Shown: positions 11,836 to 22,297, numbered from the stretch's first letter. The stretch: DNA of 64,000 nucleotides from Spirochaetota bacterium (GCA_016935915.1 JAFGQB010000058.1:2496-66495), one strand, 5' to 3'. Notes: a model not told the origin generated them from the sequence alone. Program-made: numbers and translations.

Positions 11836-12665
11836 ATAATATCCGCAAAAAATTTTTCTGTTTTTCTAAAATAAAATAAACCAAATACTAACATTATTAA
11901 AGAAATAACAATTGATAAATATAAAGAAGGTAAATATAAAACCGTTTTACCTGTTATTGCCCATCTGAAGCCGTCAATTATTCCGACCATAGGATTAAGC
12001 GAAAAAATTATTTTTAATTCTTTAGGGATTATACTTGTTGAATAACCTACGGGAGATAAATATAATCCGATTTGAACTATGAACGGAACTATATATCTAA
12101 AATCCCTGTATTTTACATTTAATGATGCAACATATAAGCTGAAACCGGTGATAAATAAAAATCCTATGAAAAAAAATACAGGAACTAAAAGAATAGTAGC
12201 TTTGGGTATAAATCTAAAAAAAAGCATTAAACCAAGTAATAAAATGAAATTAATTATAAAGTCTACAAAACAGGTTACTATTGAACTTATTGGTATAATG
12301 ATTTTAGGAAAATAAACTTTTGAAATCAGATTGGAATTTGTGATTAAACTATTGCTTGATTCTGAAAATGAATTGGAAAAAAAACTCCATGGCAATAAAC
12401 CGGAAAAAACCAATATTGAATAGGGTATTCCTTCAGATGGTAATTTTGCCAATTTGCCAAAAACTACAGTAAAAATTAATAACGTTAAAAGAGGTCTGAT
12501 TATACTCCAAGCCAAACCAACAGCTGTCTGCTTATATCTTACTATTATATCACGCCATGACAAGAAATAAAAAAGTTCCCTGTATTTCCATATATCAAGC
12601 CAGTAATTCTTTTCAGTTCTTCCGGCTTCGATATTAATTGTTTGTTTTTTGGTTTCTTTTCCCAT
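11832..12665 (-). CDS. wzm: ABC-2 type polysaccharide exporter permease (Wzm/TagG type)
   Basis: 277 aa, 6 TM. ABC-2 signature region RYKQTAVGLAWSIIRPLL. 4-nt overlap with wzt. Confidence 0.88.
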   Translation of the reverse strand: MGKETKKQTINIEAGRTEKNYWLDIWKYRELFYFLSWRDIIVRYKQTAVGLAWSIIRPLLTLLIFTVVFGKLAKLPSEGIPYSILVFSGLLPWSFFSNSFSESSNSLITNSNLISKVYFPKIIIPISSIVTCFVDFIINFILLLGLMLFFRFIPKATILLVPVFFFIGFLFITGFSLYVASLNVKYRDFRYIVPFIVQIGLYLSPVGYSTSIIPKELKIIFSLNPMVGIIDGFRWAITGKTVLYLPSLYLSIVISLIMLVFGLFYFRKTEKFFADII

Positions 12666-12785
12666 TTAAAAAAAATTACTTTATTTTCTTATTTGTTGTC
12701 AAGATTATTTTTTATTCTTTTTATTAATCATGTTTTAATTCTTTTCATTATAAAACTATATCATTGTTCAACAATTTCATCATTA

Positions 12786-14642
12786 TCAACTTCTACAGCT
12801 TGCTATTAAAAAAATACTGATCAAAACTATAATTATATTAATAACAATGCAAAAAATTAATAAAATATTGAAATTTATTATTAAAAGCAATACAGAAATG
12901 ATCAAAGTAATTGATGAGAGTATAAAATTGATAAAATAATATATAAAAACCGGTATTATCAATAAAAAAAGATAAAATATTATAGGAAATTTATTAATAT
13001 AAGTAGATCTAAATCTCCATGCAATACTGATCATTATCAAATTAATTGCAAAAAACAAAAATAATCTGGATACTTTATCCAATATTGCAGTTTCAATAAG
13101 ATGTTTATTCAAACCAATAGAATAATTATCATTTTTATTTTTAGAATTTTTGTTTGCCGAAATTTTTCTTAAGCTAAACAAACTTATGATTGAAGTGTTC
13201 AATGTTTTTTCATAATTATAAGAAAATTCAAATAAATTGTTCAAACTGACTGGTATTTCTATAAAAATTTTATCATATCTTTGTCTTTTATTATTCACAA
13301 TAATACTCGGATAATATTCTTCATTCCTGTTTGATTGAGAAAAAGTATACAAACTTATTTTATTGTCAGACTTTGTTATTCCGTATTTAGATTCTATTAT
13401 ATAATTAACTTTAAAATCATTGTTTATATTATATATCCTGATGTTGTAACAATAAAAATAATTAAAAAATTTTGATATTTCCTCTATATGTAAAAAATCA
13501 TTAGGTCCTATAAAAAAAATAAAATCATACTGCTTCGGATAAAATCTGGCTAAATTAAATTCTGATATTTCTCCTGCTGTTTCTTTTAATTTTGATAATG
13601 ACAGCTGTTTTTTATCAGCTATATCACGAAGATTCTGGTTTATTTCCAATATATCATTATAAATAAAATATGCTTTTTGATAATCATTTTTATTAAAATA
13701 ATTATCAGCTCTTTCCTTTAAAACATAGATCTTTTTTAAATTTTCATCTAATTTATTAGTATCTATTACATTAGTACTTTCATTCAGATTTTTCTGATAA
13801 TTTAATATCTGTTTTATTGATTGTATTTTTTTTAATGCATCAGCTCTTTCACTGCCTCTAGTTTCAGCAACATACTTGTAATAATATAAAGCAGAAGCAT
13901 AATCTTTTTTTTCATAATAAATTTTTGCTAATTTATTATATTCTGTTATTGTTGAAGTTACATCTTTATATTCATTATTCTTTTTTTCTAATTCAGCATT
14001 TTTTTTATTTTTATCAAATTCTGCACCTTTAATGGTATTATTAATTTCTCTTATCCTGTCTTTTATAATATCATCATTTTCAATCAAATTTATATAGTTT
14101 ATATAATAATTCAGTGAATCTATATAATTTTTTTTGAAATATTCTTCATTTCCTTTTTTTAAAAGATTTATTGAAATTGTCGTGTCATTTTTTATTGATT
14201 CAATCTTTTTTTGAATCGGCTTGTTTAAAAAATCAAGAGAAAAATAATAAATTATGTTAAAAAAAATTATAATATAAAGACCTCTTGAAACAATTTGTGA
14301 AAAGAGGTTTTGACCACCATCGCTATTTATTAAATCATTTTGATTTATAAAAAAAGAAAAACATAAACTTGAAAATAATAATATTATGAAAAATAAATTT
14401 TTAAACAGTAAAGATAATGTATTAATGAAAATAAAATCATTGCGTAAAACATTATGAATTTTGTCTTCTACTATATCAGTTTTATTATATAAATAACTTT
14501 GATCATATTTAGGTATTATTCTATTCACATAAAAATGATAATAAGAAATAATAATAAATATGATAATGCTGACAATTAAAATAAAAAGTAATGACAAATA
14601 TGTTTTTCTAAAAATCCTTGATAAATTTTCTCTTGTTGTCAC
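12786..14642 (-). CDS. Membrane protein with 3TM / large soluble domain / 3TM topology and TPR-like repeats; tentatively LptF/G-like
   Basis: 618 aa. Three N-terminal and three C-terminal hydrophobic helices. The central region has TPR-like Tyr-rich repeats (AKIYYEKKDYASALYYYKYVAE, ADNYFNKNDYQKAYFIYNDILE) followed by a beta-rich segment. Family assignment is by topology and context only. Confidence 0.35.
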   Translation of the reverse strand: MTTRENLSRIFRKTYLSLLFILIVSIIIFIIISYYHFYVNRIIPKYDQSYLYNKTDIVEDKIHNVLRNDFIFINTLSLLFKNLFFIILLFSSLCFSFFINQNDLINSDGGQNLFSQIVSRGLYIIIFFNIIYYFSLDFLNKPIQKKIESIKNDTTISINLLKKGNEEYFKKNYIDSLNYYINYINLIENDDIIKDRIREINNTIKGAEFDKNKKNAELEKKNNEYKDVTSTITEYNKLAKIYYEKKDYASALYYYKYVAETRGSERADALKKIQSIKQILNYQKNLNESTNVIDTNKLDENLKKIYVLKERADNYFNKNDYQKAYFIYNDILEINQNLRDIADKKQLSLSKLKETAGEISEFNLARFYPKQYDFIFFIGPNDFLHIEEISKFFNYFYCYNIRIYNINNDFKVNYIIESKYGITKSDNKISLYTFSQSNRNEEYYPSIIVNNKRQRYDKIFIEIPVSLNNLFEFSYNYEKTLNTSIISLFSLRKISANKNSKNKNDNYSIGLNKHLIETAILDKVSRLFLFFAINLIMISIAWRFRSTYINKFPIIFYLFLLIIPVFIYYFINFILSSITLIISVLLLIINFNILLIFCIVINIIIVLISIFLIASCRS

Positions 14643-14647
14643 CTAAT

Positions 14648-15616
14648 TTAATCCTCATCCTGTTTTTTTAAGAATACAATTCTTATTGATTGTAAAATTA
14701 ATGAACAAAATAATAAAAATAAAGCTAAAAAAATATCCCTTAATACAGACCTTGATAGAATATTTAAAAATAATTTATTATAGAGGTCAAAAATAAAAAT
14801 AAATCCATAATAAAAGAATAATAAAAATATTATATTATAAATAAAAGTTAAAAATTTGTAATTTTTAAACTTGAAAATTAGAGTAAATGACAATAAAAAA
14901 AAAGATGCCGATAACCACAAAAATAAATTTATATATATATTTGAGGAAAATATGAATTTATAACTTATACTTTCAAACAGATTCAATAAATTAAATCTGT
15001 TGAATTTTGAGAATGATTTATATTCACCTAATTGATCCTTATCAAAATAAATACTTCTTGCATTATTATTATTGTCAATATAATTAACAGTTACCTGATC
15101 TTCAAAAAAATTTACATCGGCACTTTGAACAATATTCAGTTTTCTATCATCCAAAATGATTATTTTTTTGATATTATCCTGATAAATATCATTAAAGAAA
15201 AACTTTTTGTCTTTATATTCAAAAAACACCTTTTTTTGAAAATATAATCTTGCATCATTTACCTTATTAAAATTAAGGTCTTGATAAGATGGTTTTAAAT
15301 AAAATAAAACCAGATAAATAAAAATTGAAGATATAATCAATGGAATAAAAAATGCTATAAACCTGTTCCTTCTAAGATTATTATAAATCATCAGATCAAA
15401 TACAAAAATGGATATTATCAATGAATTAAAAAAAGTATGATAAAAAGCAGGTATCGCAATGGACCAAAAAACATTCGTTATTTTATGGTACCCGGAAATA
15501 ATAAACAAAACAGAAAAAATCTTTATGATAAATACCAATGCAAATAAAATAATAAACAATGCAATAAATATCAATAAATATTTTAATATAATTATAAATA
15601 TATTTTTTATCATCAT
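14648..15616 (-). CDS. LptF/LptG (YjgP/YjgQ)-like permease, tentative
   Basis: 322 aa. 3TM, then a ~150-aa beta-rich periplasmic segment, then 3TM. Lies 5 nt upstream of the 618-aa paralogue-like gene and next to wzm/wzt. Confidence 0.4.
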   Translation of the reverse strand: MMIKNIFIIILKYLLIFIALFIILFALVFIIKIFSVLFIISGYHKITNVFWSIAIPAFYHTFFNSLIISIFVFDLMIYNNLRRNRFIAFFIPLIISSIFIYLVLFYLKPSYQDLNFNKVNDARLYFQKKVFFEYKDKKFFFNDIYQDNIKKIIILDDRKLNIVQSADVNFFEDQVTVNYIDNNNNARSIYFDKDQLGEYKSFSKFNRFNLLNLFESISYKFIFSSNIYINLFLWLSASFFLLSFTLIFKFKNYKFLTFIYNIIFLLFFYYGFIFIFDLYNKLFLNILSRSVLRDIFLALFLLFCSLILQSIRIVFLKKQDED

Positions 15617-15932
15617 AGTATTTATATTAATAAATTAAGCAAATAATCAGACCATTTTAAAGAATCAATTGCCCAATCAAAATTTTTTTTTAACAAAATT
15701 CAATAAAAATGATCTTTTAACTTTTAACATTTATTTTATATTTTCATCAATAAATGTTAAATCCTTCTTAAATTTACAAGAAAAAATCTTTTAAAATTTA
15801 ATCTTATATTCCAATTTAATCTTCGTAATTTTAAAAATAAAAAATAAATTTTTTACTCAAATTTATTTAAGTATATAAAATATATTATGATATTTAAAGT
15901 TAAATTTATTTTTATTTTTTTTATAATATTTA

Positions 15933-15962
15933 TTGACATTTTTATAATTCCGATAATATAAT
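15933..15962 (+). promoter_or_regulatory. Near-consensus sigma70-type promoter (TTGACA-18 nt-TATAAT)
   Basis: TTGACA at 15933-15938 and TATAAT at 15957-15962, about 25 nt upstream of a GGAGG RBS and the ATG at 15988. Confidence 0.45.
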
Positions 15963-15987
15963 AATGATATATTGGGGAGGGAGTATA

Positions 15988-16200
15988 ATGGGGAATCATT
16001 GTTCAACTAACTGCGAAAGAAAATTATATTTAAAAGATTTTAAATCTTACATGAAAAAACAAATCTCTGAAATCAACAAATATAAAGAAATCAGATTAAA
16101 GGAAATGCCGTATATTGACTCAAATCAATGTGTTTTTGAATGGATTCAAAAAAATGCTAAAACTTTCAGAGACAACTGGGCTAAAAAGATTAATTACTAA
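15988..16200 (+). CDS. Small Cys-containing hypothetical protein (70 aa)
   Basis: The listed ORF starts at 15964, but GGGGAGGGAG precedes the ATG at 15988 (MGNHCSTNCERK...). Charged helical protein with a CxxxC plus one further Cys. Confidence 0.5.
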   Translation: MGNHCSTNCERKLYLKDFKSYMKKQISEINKYKEIRLKEMPYIDSNQCVFEWIQKNAKTFRDNWAKKINY

Positions 16201-16741
16201 GAGTTTTTTTCATATCTTCTATTAAATTCTCGCCTAACTGCAGTCTTATGTCAAAATATATCTGGTATTTCCAATTATATCTCTTTTTAAAATATTCATT
16301 ATTTGTAATGTCTTTTATATATAAATCATTAAAGGCACCATTAATTATCATTACATTATCCTTAAAAAATATAGAAAATATAACCTTCTTCTCAATGAAT
16401 TTCTGATTACATCTTATGGATACAGGAAGAACATATCTGCCGCTTTTGTTATATGATATTTTTTTTATTGTGAACAATATCTCTGATTCAAAATATTTAG
16501 GGGTAAAAGGCTCCTTTTTTATATCATCTTTTTTTATTAGAATTTCCAGATTAAAAGTATTTTTTTGAAATCCAAAGTATATATTATATTCATCTGATAA
16601 CGGAAAATAGAATAAAAATACTCTAGAATAGACTTTACTCCCAGGCAATAATAAAAAGCTTTTAGAATCTGTCTGCTGGGAATAAAATTTAAAAGAAAAT
16701 AATAATAATAAAAAGTTAATAATAATAATCTTTTTGTACAT
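16190..16741 (-). CDS. Hypothetical secreted protein
   Basis: 183 aa. N-terminal signal peptide IIIINFLLLLFSFKFYSQQ. No recognised family. 3' end overlaps the small ORF by 11 nt. Confidence 0.5.
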   Translation of the reverse strand: MYKKIIIINFLLLLFSFKFYSQQTDSKSFLLLPGSKVYSRVFLFYFPLSDEYNIYFGFQKNTFNLEILIKKDDIKKEPFTPKYFESEILFTIKKISYNKSGRYVLPVSIRCNQKFIEKKVIFSIFFKDNVMIINGAFNDLYIKDITNNEYFKKRYNWKYQIYFDIRLQLGENLIEDMKKTLSN

Positions 16742-16868
16742 TGAACAACCAATAATAAATAAAAAATTAATTTATAAGCATATTAACAAAAATAATTTTA
16801 TTTTTATATTAAAATTTATAAATTTTTTATAGAAATTAATAATAAATTCAGGTATTTTTAATAATATT

Positions 16869-17720
16869 ATGGGCAGTAATTATTTATTTTTAGACAATAA
16901 TAATCTTGAACTTTTTTTTAAAATTTTTACCGATTCATTATCCGATTATTATTTTAATGAAATAATAAAACTTAAAGATTTCATAAACTTCATTAAATAT
17001 TTAAATGCTAGTGAAAAAACCTCATTCCTGTTGTTGGGAAAAAATGAACCTATTGGTATTTTTTTAAGTACTATAAAAAAAAATGAAGGATATATACCGG
17101 CACTTGGTATTAAAAAAGAATTCAGAAGCATGGGATACGGGAGAGTGTTGATGCAGAAGGGGTTGTCTCTGCTCAATGAAAACAGTGTCAATAAAGTATC
17201 GCTGGATGTATTAAAGGACAATAATTATGCCATAAATCTTTATAAATCAGAAGGTTTTAAAATAATAAACGAAATAAACAACTTCAGGAGTGAAAAGAAT
17301 TCATTTTACAGTAAAGAATATTTTAATGATGTCCAAATAATAAATACGGATAAATTCGGATTTAGTATAATCCATAAAAACTTTCATTTAAATGAAAAAC
17401 TACCATGGCAAAAACAGCTGAACTGCCTTATTAATAAATTTGAGTTTTATGATCCCGATCTTTTTATCATTAAAGTATCCAAAAGCATTGCAGGGTATGC
17501 AGTAGTATCGCGAAATAAAAATTATATGCAATTGCATGATTTGTCGTTAAAAAAAAATTATGATTTTTTATTCAGATTTTTTTTAACAGGTTTATTGAAG
17601 AATGAAAATATCGTTCAGGCTAACGGCTATTATAAGGATAATTACATTTCAAAATTATTCACAGACAACGGATTTTACATTGATAATCAGCAATATGAAA
17701 TGCAGAAGGTCATATTATGA
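16869..17720 (+). CDS. GNAT-family N-acetyltransferase
   Basis: 283 aa. Acetyl-CoA binding motif A region [18 protein letters not shown] and [12 protein letters not shown]. The second half looks like a degenerate second GNAT fold. Confidence 0.7.
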   Translation: MGSNYLFLDNNNLELFFKIFTDSLSDYYFNEIIKLKDFINFIKYLNASEKTSFLLLGKNEPIGIFLSTIKKNEGYIPALGIKKEFRSMGYGRVLMQKGLSLLNENSVNKVSLDVLKDNNYAINLYKSEGFKIINEINNFRSEKNSFYSKEYFNDVQIINTDKFGFSIIHKNFHLNEKLPWQKQLNCLINKFEFYDPDLFIIKVSKSIAGYAVVSRNKNYMQLHDLSLKKNYDFLFRFFLTGLLKNENIVQANGYYKDNYISKLFTDNGFYIDNQQYEMQKVIL

Positions 17721-19705
17721 ATAAATTTAAAGTGAAATCAAGTTTTCAACCTGCAGGCGATCAGGAAGAAGCTATTGAAAAATTATCAAATAATATTAAA
17801 AATAACGTTAAATTTCAAACTCTTTTAGGCGTTACAGGTTCTGGCAAGACATTCACAATGGCTAAGGTCATTGAAAGGGTGCAAAAACCTACTCTTATAA
17901 TTTCACATAATAAAACGCTCTCTGCCCAGCTTTACAGGGAGTTCAAGGATTTTTTCCCTGAAAATGCAGTGGAATATTTTGTAAGCTATTATGATTATTA
18001 TCAGCCTGAAGCATATGTTGCAGCAAGGGATCTTTATATCGAAAAAGATTCCTCTATAAACGATGAAATTGACAGGATGAGACTTGCAGCAACAAGTGCG
18101 CTTCTTGAAAGAAATGATGTAATAATAGTAGCTACAGTATCATGTATTTATGGATTGGGTAATCCCGAAGACTATAAAAACTTAAGCATAGAAATACAAA
18201 AACGAATGAAATTGGACAGGGATGATTTTATCAAAAAACTAATTGAAATCCAATATTCTCGTGATGATGCAGTATTTCAAAGAGGCAGTCTAAGAGTTAG
18301 AGGCGATATAATCGATTTATTTCCTGCTTACCTAGAAACAGGTATAAGGATAGAATTCTGGGGAAATGAAATTGATAAAATCCATAAAATCGATATTTTA
18401 AACAACAGCCTGATAAAAGAAATTGATAAAATAATGATTTTCCCTGCAAAACATTTTGTTACACAGAGAGAAACAATAAAAAGTGTAATCCCTTTAATAA
18501 AGGAAGACCTTGAAATGAGAGTGGAAGAACTTTTAAAAGAAAACAAAGAACTTGAAGCAAAAAGATTAAGGATGAAAACCGAATATGATCTTGATATGAT
18601 CCAGGAGATCGGATACTGTAAAGGCATAGAAAATTATTCAAGATACTTTGCAGGAAGAAAATCAGGATCAAGGCCATCCACATTGATTGATTTTTTTAAG
18701 AATGATTTTTTAATATTCATAGATGAATCCCATGTTACAATCCCTCAGATCGGAGGTATGTACCAGGGGGATAAATCAAGGAAAACTTCTCTGATTGAAT
18801 ACGGATTCAGACTTCCTTCGGCTCTTGATAACAGACCTCTTTATTTTGAAGAATTTGAATCTCTTATTAATAAAGCAGTTTTTGTTTCAGCCACCCCAAG
18901 AGAATATGAAAGAGAAAAATCTCAAGTTATTGTGGAACAACTTATAAGACCTACAGGGCTTGTTGACCCCGAGATAATCGTTAAAGGGACAGAGGGACAG
19001 ATAGACGATCTTTTAAATGAAATAAAAATCACAACTGACAGAAATGAGAGGGTGCTTGTAACAACACTGACTAAAAAGATGGCTGAAGATTTAACGGAAT
19101 ATCTTGCGGATAACGGAATCAAGGTTACATATCTGCATTCTGAAATAGAAACCATTGAGAGAGTCGAAATAATCCATGATTTAAGGAACGGAAAATTCGA
19201 TGTACTTGTAGGGATCAATTTATTACGCGAGGGACTGGATCTGCCCGAAGTTTCTTTAGTTGCCATACTTGATGCAGATAAGATCGGTTTTTTAAGGTCC
19301 GCCATATCTTTGATACAAACCATAGGCAGAGCCGCAAGAAATATAAACGGCAAAGTGATAATGTATGCAGACAGAATGTCCGAAGCCATGACAGAAGCAC
19401 TAAATGAAACAGACCGCAGAAGAAAATATCAGATTGAATATAATAAAACCAATAATATAACTCCAAAATCAATAGTTAAAAAAGTTGAAGCAATATTAGA
19501 GCGGAAAAAAGAACTCGAACGAAAAGAAGAGGAGTTTGAACTTGAAGTATTAAAAAGAAAATATAATCTTTTCAATAAAAAAGAAAAGAATGAATTAATA
19601 AAAATCTTAGAAGAGCAAATGCTGGAATGTGCAAAAAATCTTGAATTTGAAAAAGCTGCTGTAATCAGAGATGAAATTAAAAAGATACAAGACGGGATTA
19701 TATAA
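17717..19705 (+). CDS. uvrB: Excinuclease ABC subunit B
   Basis: 662 aa. [10 protein letters not shown] Walker A, DESH box (FIDESHVT), SATP, and C-terminal UVR domain ([16 protein letters not shown]). ATGA overlap with the GNAT gene. Confidence 0.98.
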   Translation: MNKFKVKSSFQPAGDQEEAIEKLSNNIKNNVKFQTLLGVTGSGKTFTMAKVIERVQKPTLIISHNKTLSAQLYREFKDFFPENAVEYFVSYYDYYQPEAYVAARDLYIEKDSSINDEIDRMRLAATSALLERNDVIIVATVSCIYGLGNPEDYKNLSIEIQKRMKLDRDDFIKKLIEIQYSRDDAVFQRGSLRVRGDIIDLFPAYLETGIRIEFWGNEIDKIHKIDILNNSLIKEIDKIMIFPAKHFVTQRETIKSVIPLIKEDLEMRVEELLKENKELEAKRLRMKTEYDLDMIQEIGYCKGIENYSRYFAGRKSGSRPSTLIDFFKNDFLIFIDESHVTIPQIGGMYQGDKSRKTSLIEYGFRLPSALDNRPLYFEEFESLINKAVFVSATPREYEREKSQVIVEQLIRPTGLVDPEIIVKGTEGQIDDLLNEIKITTDRNERVLVTTLTKKMAEDLTEYLADNGIKVTYLHSEIETIERVEIIHDLRNGKFDVLVGINLLREGLDLPEVSLVAILDADKIGFLRSAISLIQTIGRAARNINGKVIMYADRMSEAMTEALNETDRRRKYQIEYNKTNNITPKSIVKKVEAILERKKELERKEEEFELEVLKRKYNLFNKKEKNELIKILEEQMLECAKNLEFEKAAVIRDEIKKIQDGII

Positions 19706-19808
19706 AAATCAGTTAATAATTCGAATTGTTTTATAATATAAAATTTGACTTTTAAAATAAAAATATTTATTTTATCAAAAATAACTATTTATTACAAATG
19801 AGGTATAA

Positions 19809-21407
19809 ATGAAAAAAAACTTTTATTTCAAAAAAATCCTGATTTTAACATGTACTTTTCTCTTTATAATTTCAGCAAAAAAGAATACAAAAACAGTTTT
19901 ACTTCCGCCAGAAAATCTCTCGGTTCCTTTTATGGGCGCATCAGACAATTCAATCACCTTGATTTGGAATAAACCTGCAGAATATTCAAATATTGCAAGT
20001 TATGATATCTATCAGGATGATAAATTAATTGCAAACAGTACTAAATTAAATTTTACTGCATCAGATCTGTCCCCAAATACAACTTATTCTTTTTTTATAA
20101 AATCAAAGGATATAAACAATAATCAATCAGCAGAGAGTAATAAAATATCAGTTGCTACTTTGAAACCTTTAAAAGTAATCGATATAACAGCCTATGGCGC
20201 AAAAGGCGACGGAAAAACTCTCAATACAAAATTTATACAAAAAGCCATAGATGAATGTAAAAACGACAGTATAATTTTTATTCCAGAAGGAGTATTTTTA
20301 TCAGGAGCAATATTTTTAAAAAGCAATATCAATTTAAAAATACAGGGTACACTCTCAGGCAGTGATAATGTTGAAGATTATCCTTTTACAAGTAAAAGAT
20401 TCCCTTATTATGAAACCAATAATTATATGGGATTGATAAATGCATATACAACTGATTATGGATCATTAAAAAACATAAAAATTTACGGTACAGGTACAGT
20501 AAACGGAGGAGCATTATCAAAAGATCCTGCTCTTACAGAATTAGCACTTAAGCAGATGAAGTTAAAAAGTGATCCTGCCAGAGCAGATTTGATAACAATA
20601 AAAGGTGTTAATAATTTATATATAGGCGGCATAAAATTAATAAATCCTGCAGAACATACTATTTTCATTAGTTACTGCAAAAATATTACAATAGACGGCA
20701 TTGACGTAAAGACTTATGATATTCACAATGCCGACGGAGTTGATCTTGCAGTCAGTGAGAATATAAATGTCTTCAATTCTTTTTTTGATACAGGAGATGA
20801 CTGTATAAATTTCAATGCGGGTTTTTGTTATTACGGAGTTCAAGAAAACATACCCTGCTCAAACATAAGAGTTTTTAACTGTGAAACCAAAAGGGGTCAT
20901 GGAGGAGTTGTTTTTGGAAGCTATACCAGCGGATGGATCAAAAATGTACTTATAGAAGACTGCATATTCAACGGAACAGACAGGGGCATAAGATTTAAAA
21001 CATCAAAAATAATAGGCGGCGGAGCAGAAAATATTTTGATCAGGGACATAGTTATGAAAAAAATAAAAATGGAATCAATAATATTCGACAGCAAATATAC
21101 CCAAACAAAAGCAAAACCTGCTGAAACTGCAGGGCAGTTCAAAAATATTACCATAAAAAACATTGTCAGTGAAGAGAATAATATGTTTGGAATTTACATT
21201 GACGGACTTAAGGATTTACCGAATACAAATATTAATTTTGAAAATATAACATTAAAAAATACAGTCGGAGCAAAAATAAAAAATTTAAATGACTCGACTT
21301 TTACCAATGTCACAATCATATCCGACAATAAAAATCCATGGGACATAACGGATTCAAAAAACTTGAAATTCGTAAAATGCAAGCCGAAACCAAAATATAA
21401 AAAATAA
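19809..21407 (+). CDS. Secreted GH28 polygalacturonase-family glycoside hydrolase with N-terminal FN3-like domain
   Basis: 532 aa. Signal peptide, FN3-like segment (ITLIWNKP...TTYSFFIKSKD), and GH28 motifs HNADGVDL, TGDDCINF, KRGHGGVVFGS, DRGIRFKT in a parallel beta-helix repeat context. Confidence 0.85.
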   Translation: MKKNFYFKKILILTCTFLFIISAKKNTKTVLLPPENLSVPFMGASDNSITLIWNKPAEYSNIASYDIYQDDKLIANSTKLNFTASDLSPNTTYSFFIKSKDINNNQSAESNKISVATLKPLKVIDITAYGAKGDGKTLNTKFIQKAIDECKNDSIIFIPEGVFLSGAIFLKSNINLKIQGTLSGSDNVEDYPFTSKRFPYYETNNYMGLINAYTTDYGSLKNIKIYGTGTVNGGALSKDPALTELALKQMKLKSDPARADLITIKGVNNLYIGGIKLINPAEHTIFISYCKNITIDGIDVKTYDIHNADGVDLAVSENINVFNSFFDTGDDCINFNAGFCYYGVQENIPCSNIRVFNCETKRGHGGVVFGSYTSGWIKNVLIEDCIFNGTDRGIRFKTSKIIGGGAENILIRDIVMKKIKMESIIFDSKYTQTKAKPAETAGQFKNITIKNIVSEENNMFGIYIDGLKDLPNTNINFENITLKNTVGAKIKNLNDSTFTNVTIISDNKNPWDITDSKNLKFVKCKPKPKYKK

Positions 21408-21612
21408 GGTCACCTGAAAGTATCTAAGCGCATAATAGACGATACCTATCACTTTGGGAAAATGTAACCTGACAGTCCCCAGATATGACTTCGCTCTGGG
21501 ATGTGTTTACACTTCAAGCATCCATATGATTGAAAAAATTGAGATATTTATGTTTTTTGATAAATGAACTTAATTAAAAATATAATAATAAGTTTTAATA
21601 AATGAAAGAAGA

Positions 21613-22137
21613 TTAATTAAGTAATTTTATTAAAATTACAGAATATTTCCTGTCATATTGTACGGCAAAATGTTTTTTCAACGACAATTGTCTTACCATC
21701 ACCTTTTTATGCCATATCTTTTCATTTCTTTTTATATTTTTCCATTTTTCTTCAGCTTTTTTCAATATCTTTAAAAACCTACTTAGCCCATATCTCTCCA
21801 CACCTCTAATGAAAACTTTTATTATATATCTTAACTGTGATGCAATGGAATACGTATTGTTATCTTTATGTATAGTTTTTAGTTTATTATACAATTCCTC
21901 TTTGCTTCTGTTTATATAAACATGCAAATGACAATTCCAGTTTACTATTTCAACAGCATTATTTTCCTCTTTATACAGTAAATGCATTTTATTAAATAAA
22001 GGTGTCATGTTTTCTAAAATAAATATAACTGTTTTAGATAATTTAAGTTTAAAATTCTCACTGATGGTCATAAGTTTATTTTTTAAAGAATCATTAAGGA
22101 CAAAATGATATTCAATAGTTTTCAAGCGGTTTATCAT
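21613..22137 (-). CDS. Hypothetical protein (174 aa)
   Basis: The ORF is listed from 22167. AAGGAG sits 7 nt upstream of the ATG at 22137 (MINRLKTIEY...), so that start is preferred. Basic, helical, no family recognised. Confidence 0.5.
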   Translation of the reverse strand: MINRLKTIEYHFVLNDSLKNKLMTISENFKLKLSKTVIFILENMTPLFNKMHLLYKEENNAVEIVNWNCHLHVYINRSKEELYNKLKTIHKDNNTYSIASQLRYIIKVFIRGVERYGLSRFLKILKKAEEKWKNIKRNEKIWHKKVMVRQLSLKKHFAVQYDRKYSVILIKLLN

Positions 22138-22225
22138 AAAAATCTCCTTGAAAATATTAATATCCAAAATGTTATAATTCTTTATTTCTTTTAAAAAAAA
22201 AATGAGATTAAATTAAATTATGTTA

Positions 22226-22255
22226 CACAAAGTCCCGAAATCTCTACACTTTGTG
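22226..22255 (-). terminator. Hairpin downstream of yoeB (8-bp stem CACAAAGT/ACTTTGTG, 14-nt loop)
   Basis: Perfect inverted repeat at 22226-22233 / 22248-22255, 43 nt after the yoeB stop. The T-run on the transcribed strand lies about 24 nt further on, so this is not a textbook intrinsic terminator. Confidence 0.3.
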
Positions 22256-22297
22256 AACTCAATGCATCAGTGAGAAATTCTCGAGCTAGTTTCGAAC

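Noticed and set aside
18922-19389. 155-aa antisense ORF inside uvrB, with the 85-aa and 99-aa antisense ORFs at 19215..19472 and 18328..18627
   Set aside because: It lies entirely within a strongly supported uvrB reading frame. The composition is low-complexity Ser/Leu/Ile-rich, typical of the reverse frame of a Glu/Lys/Asp-rich gene. It has no RBS and no recognisable family.
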